A stretch of DNA of 63,971 bases, counting the filler, from Choristocarpus tenellus KU-1152 (Eukaryota > Protista > Phaeophyceae), in assembly GCA_964200185.2 (NCBI GenBank). It is 12 parts of 12 records of this genome, joined end to end, with 100 filler letters (N's around TTAATTAATTAA, not from the genome) between each part and the next. Parts side by side here need not be neighbours in the genome. Positions count along the whole stretch, not along the records: positions 61,404 to 63,971 come from CAXNAD020026706.1; 11 more parts are not named here. One strand, given 5' to 3'. The position numbers were made by a program, and so were the translations under genes. Position 1 is the first letter of the stretch. The number at the start of each line of letters is the position of its first letter. Shown here piece by piece: positions 61,893 through 63,971 of this stretch. The notes below the pieces were generated by a model. That model saw only the letters and a program-made list of their open reading frames with translations. It was not told the origin of the DNA and searched no databases.

Positions 61893-63949
61893 CAGGCCCA
61901 TGCCTGCAATGCAGTTTCAATCTTTACTACTACTATTAACTCAAAAGAAAAAAAGGAAAACAAAACCTTAGGGGCTAACTATACTCTATACACGAATCGG
62001 TGAATACTTGTAAATATTGCCAGCCCTTCCCTCCCCCCCCTCCCCATCACACTCACTGCCTATCTTCAATTCTACCTAATCGAAAACATATATATGAAAA
62101 AACGATTTGCGTCGAAGAGGTTTGAACTCACGAATTGTGCGCAGATACAACATAAGCGAAATGTTTGAACCTTCCCACTCCAAAGACTTGCGCGAAAAAA
62201 CGTGACAAGGTGGCGGGATTGAGCAATATACTGCAAAAACCCCCCCCAGCCATACCCAGGTCCCCAGCTGCTAGATGGATTGCTTTTGCGAGAGGGTCCC
62301 TTCCCTACACCCAGACAGAACACACTCAAAAGGCACTCCATTCCTCCCCAAACAGTCATTCCTCAAACAATTCAAAACACTTTGCTTTGCTCCAAAAAAC
62401 CCCAACATCAACACCACCGTCTCGAACAAACTTTTGAGGGCTTTTGCAGTGTACGCTGTGTAGCACACGGGGTGAGGCACACCCCGCCCGTTCACACCAA
62501 ATAGAAGCCGAAAATTATTTCCAGGGCCCTACGCCGTTGTTGCAACTGCGGTTGTTTCACCATTGCAATTACAGTTACGCTTGGGAAACGCCTGATGTCT
62601 GACAGTTGTCTACGTATACCACGAACCTACCACCAGGACTCTACAACCGATCATTGAGATACTGAAATAACTCACACACAACCATAACAATCCCGTCAAC
62701 CATACCGTGATGACCGTTGGTACCACTAACCCCACCATACCCTCGCTGTTCACTTGTTCAAAATCTGTATAAAATCATAACAATCCCGTAACCATACCGT
62801 GATGCCTGTCGGTGGTAGTCACCCTACTGTACTGTGCTTGAGTGCAGCTACTGTAAACATACCATCCAAATGTAGTCTGACCATCTCTCTCTCTCTCTCT
62901 CTCTCTATACTACAATACCGTACAAGTTTTTTTTTTTTTTGAAGAGGAAAATTGTAGAAATGTGCAATCTGTAGTAAATACGGGGTAACTGGTGGGGTTG
63001 ACTCTAACACTTGTGAAGTATTAGGGTTAGAGTTTTTAATTTAGTTCACGATACATTGGAATTTTGTGGTACTTTTAGGGGTAAATGCATTACGTTGTAG
63101 CACTCCACCAGTCTCCCATTGCTTACATGAGTTGAATTCCAGGATTTCTGGATTCCAGAAAATATATTACTATTATTATGCCCTCTGACATTTTGCAGAT
63201 ATATCAGGGGGAGGGGGGGGGGCTTCATACCTACATTATGTGAGACACACGGTATACGTTTTTTCTTTTTTTTAGTCTCACTTACACACAGTGCTTCCAG
63301 ACGCGCAAACAGCAAGTTTCTCACACACACATAATATTTACACATGTTATTGGTTAGAATAGACCTCCAAAACACGTACACTGTATCATGTCTGACACAT
63401 CTCCATACCCCTACAACAATGTTTACACGCGCCTCCTTATGTGAAAGCAGCATGAGCTTTTTCGCGCATTTTATTACATCAAAGGGGGGGGGGGGGGGGG
63501 GGGGGGGGTTTCGGTTTCAAGTAGAGGGGGGGGGGGTGGGGGGGTGGAGGGGAAAAAAGAGAAGGNNNNNNNNNNGGGGGGGGTTAGGGTTCCGTATTCA
63601 AGTAGAGGGTGGGAGTGTTGGGCTGTGCAAGTGAAAAACGCTTCCTTCTTATTGAACACTTTCCTTCCCAGTGACCAATCTCTACAACAACAAAAACACA
63701 ATTTGAAAAGGCATTGTCCTCTGCACAAACAGACCTTTAAAAAAAAAGAAGCATCACTGCCATGTGTGAGTGTATGTGTGTATTACGTACACGTATCTTT
63801 TTTTTTTCTTCTACATCATCTTTTCACCTGACTCCGTGAGCGGAAGCTGCGTGGGCCAACATGAGCTTCCCGTTTGCATCCCCAATGCAATACAGGTTCG
63901 GCACAACCTCCCCCCCGGGCTTGTCCAGCACCTGCATTTTGTCATCCAC
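61404..63949 (-). CDS. LPD: Dihydrolipoamide dehydrogenase (E3), plastid/cyanobacterial type; internal exons 63949-63828 and 61461-61404
   Basis: [60 protein letters not shown]; the [16 protein letters not shown] signature matches plastid LPD; phase-2 GT-AG intron of about 2.4 kb. Confidence 0.92.
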
Positions 63950-63971
63950 CTAAAAAGGGCAAATAATCCCC

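Overview
This window is not one locus. It is 12 eukaryotic contigs joined by artificial 100-bp spacers (N44-TTAATTAATTAA-N44), plus three 10-N scaffold gaps. Intron-rich genes, plastid-type enzymes, a flagellar assembly factor and TTAGGG-laden introns suggest an ochrophyte, probably a brown alga (inference). Spliced genes rebuilt by hand: Kintoun/DNAAF2, Bmt2-type rRNA methyltransferase, RH50-like DEAD-box helicase, NAT10/KRE33, an ankyrin-repeat protein, plastid-type dihydrolipoamide dehydrogenase, a WW-domain 3' end, an RGG-rich ORF and two hypothetical genes. There is also a frameshifted aerolysin/ETX-MTX2-like pore-forming domain and a degenerate SGNH/PC-esterase-like gene. Mobile DNA is abundant: an intron-containing Sola2-like transposase, Harbinger, Copia and CRE-like non-LTR relics, a nested solo LTR, and two related MITE families (about 17 full or partial copies) sharing a CAAAGTATCT TIR core. 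The most interesting system is the Sola2-like transposase plus these MITEs. Family A has GAG..CTC ends, 3-4-bp TSDs and TIRs carrying potentially frame-preserving splice signals, and one copy sits inside the transposase itself. Family B shows an apparent empty/filled polymorphic site. Family calls come from motif recognition only; no database searches were run.
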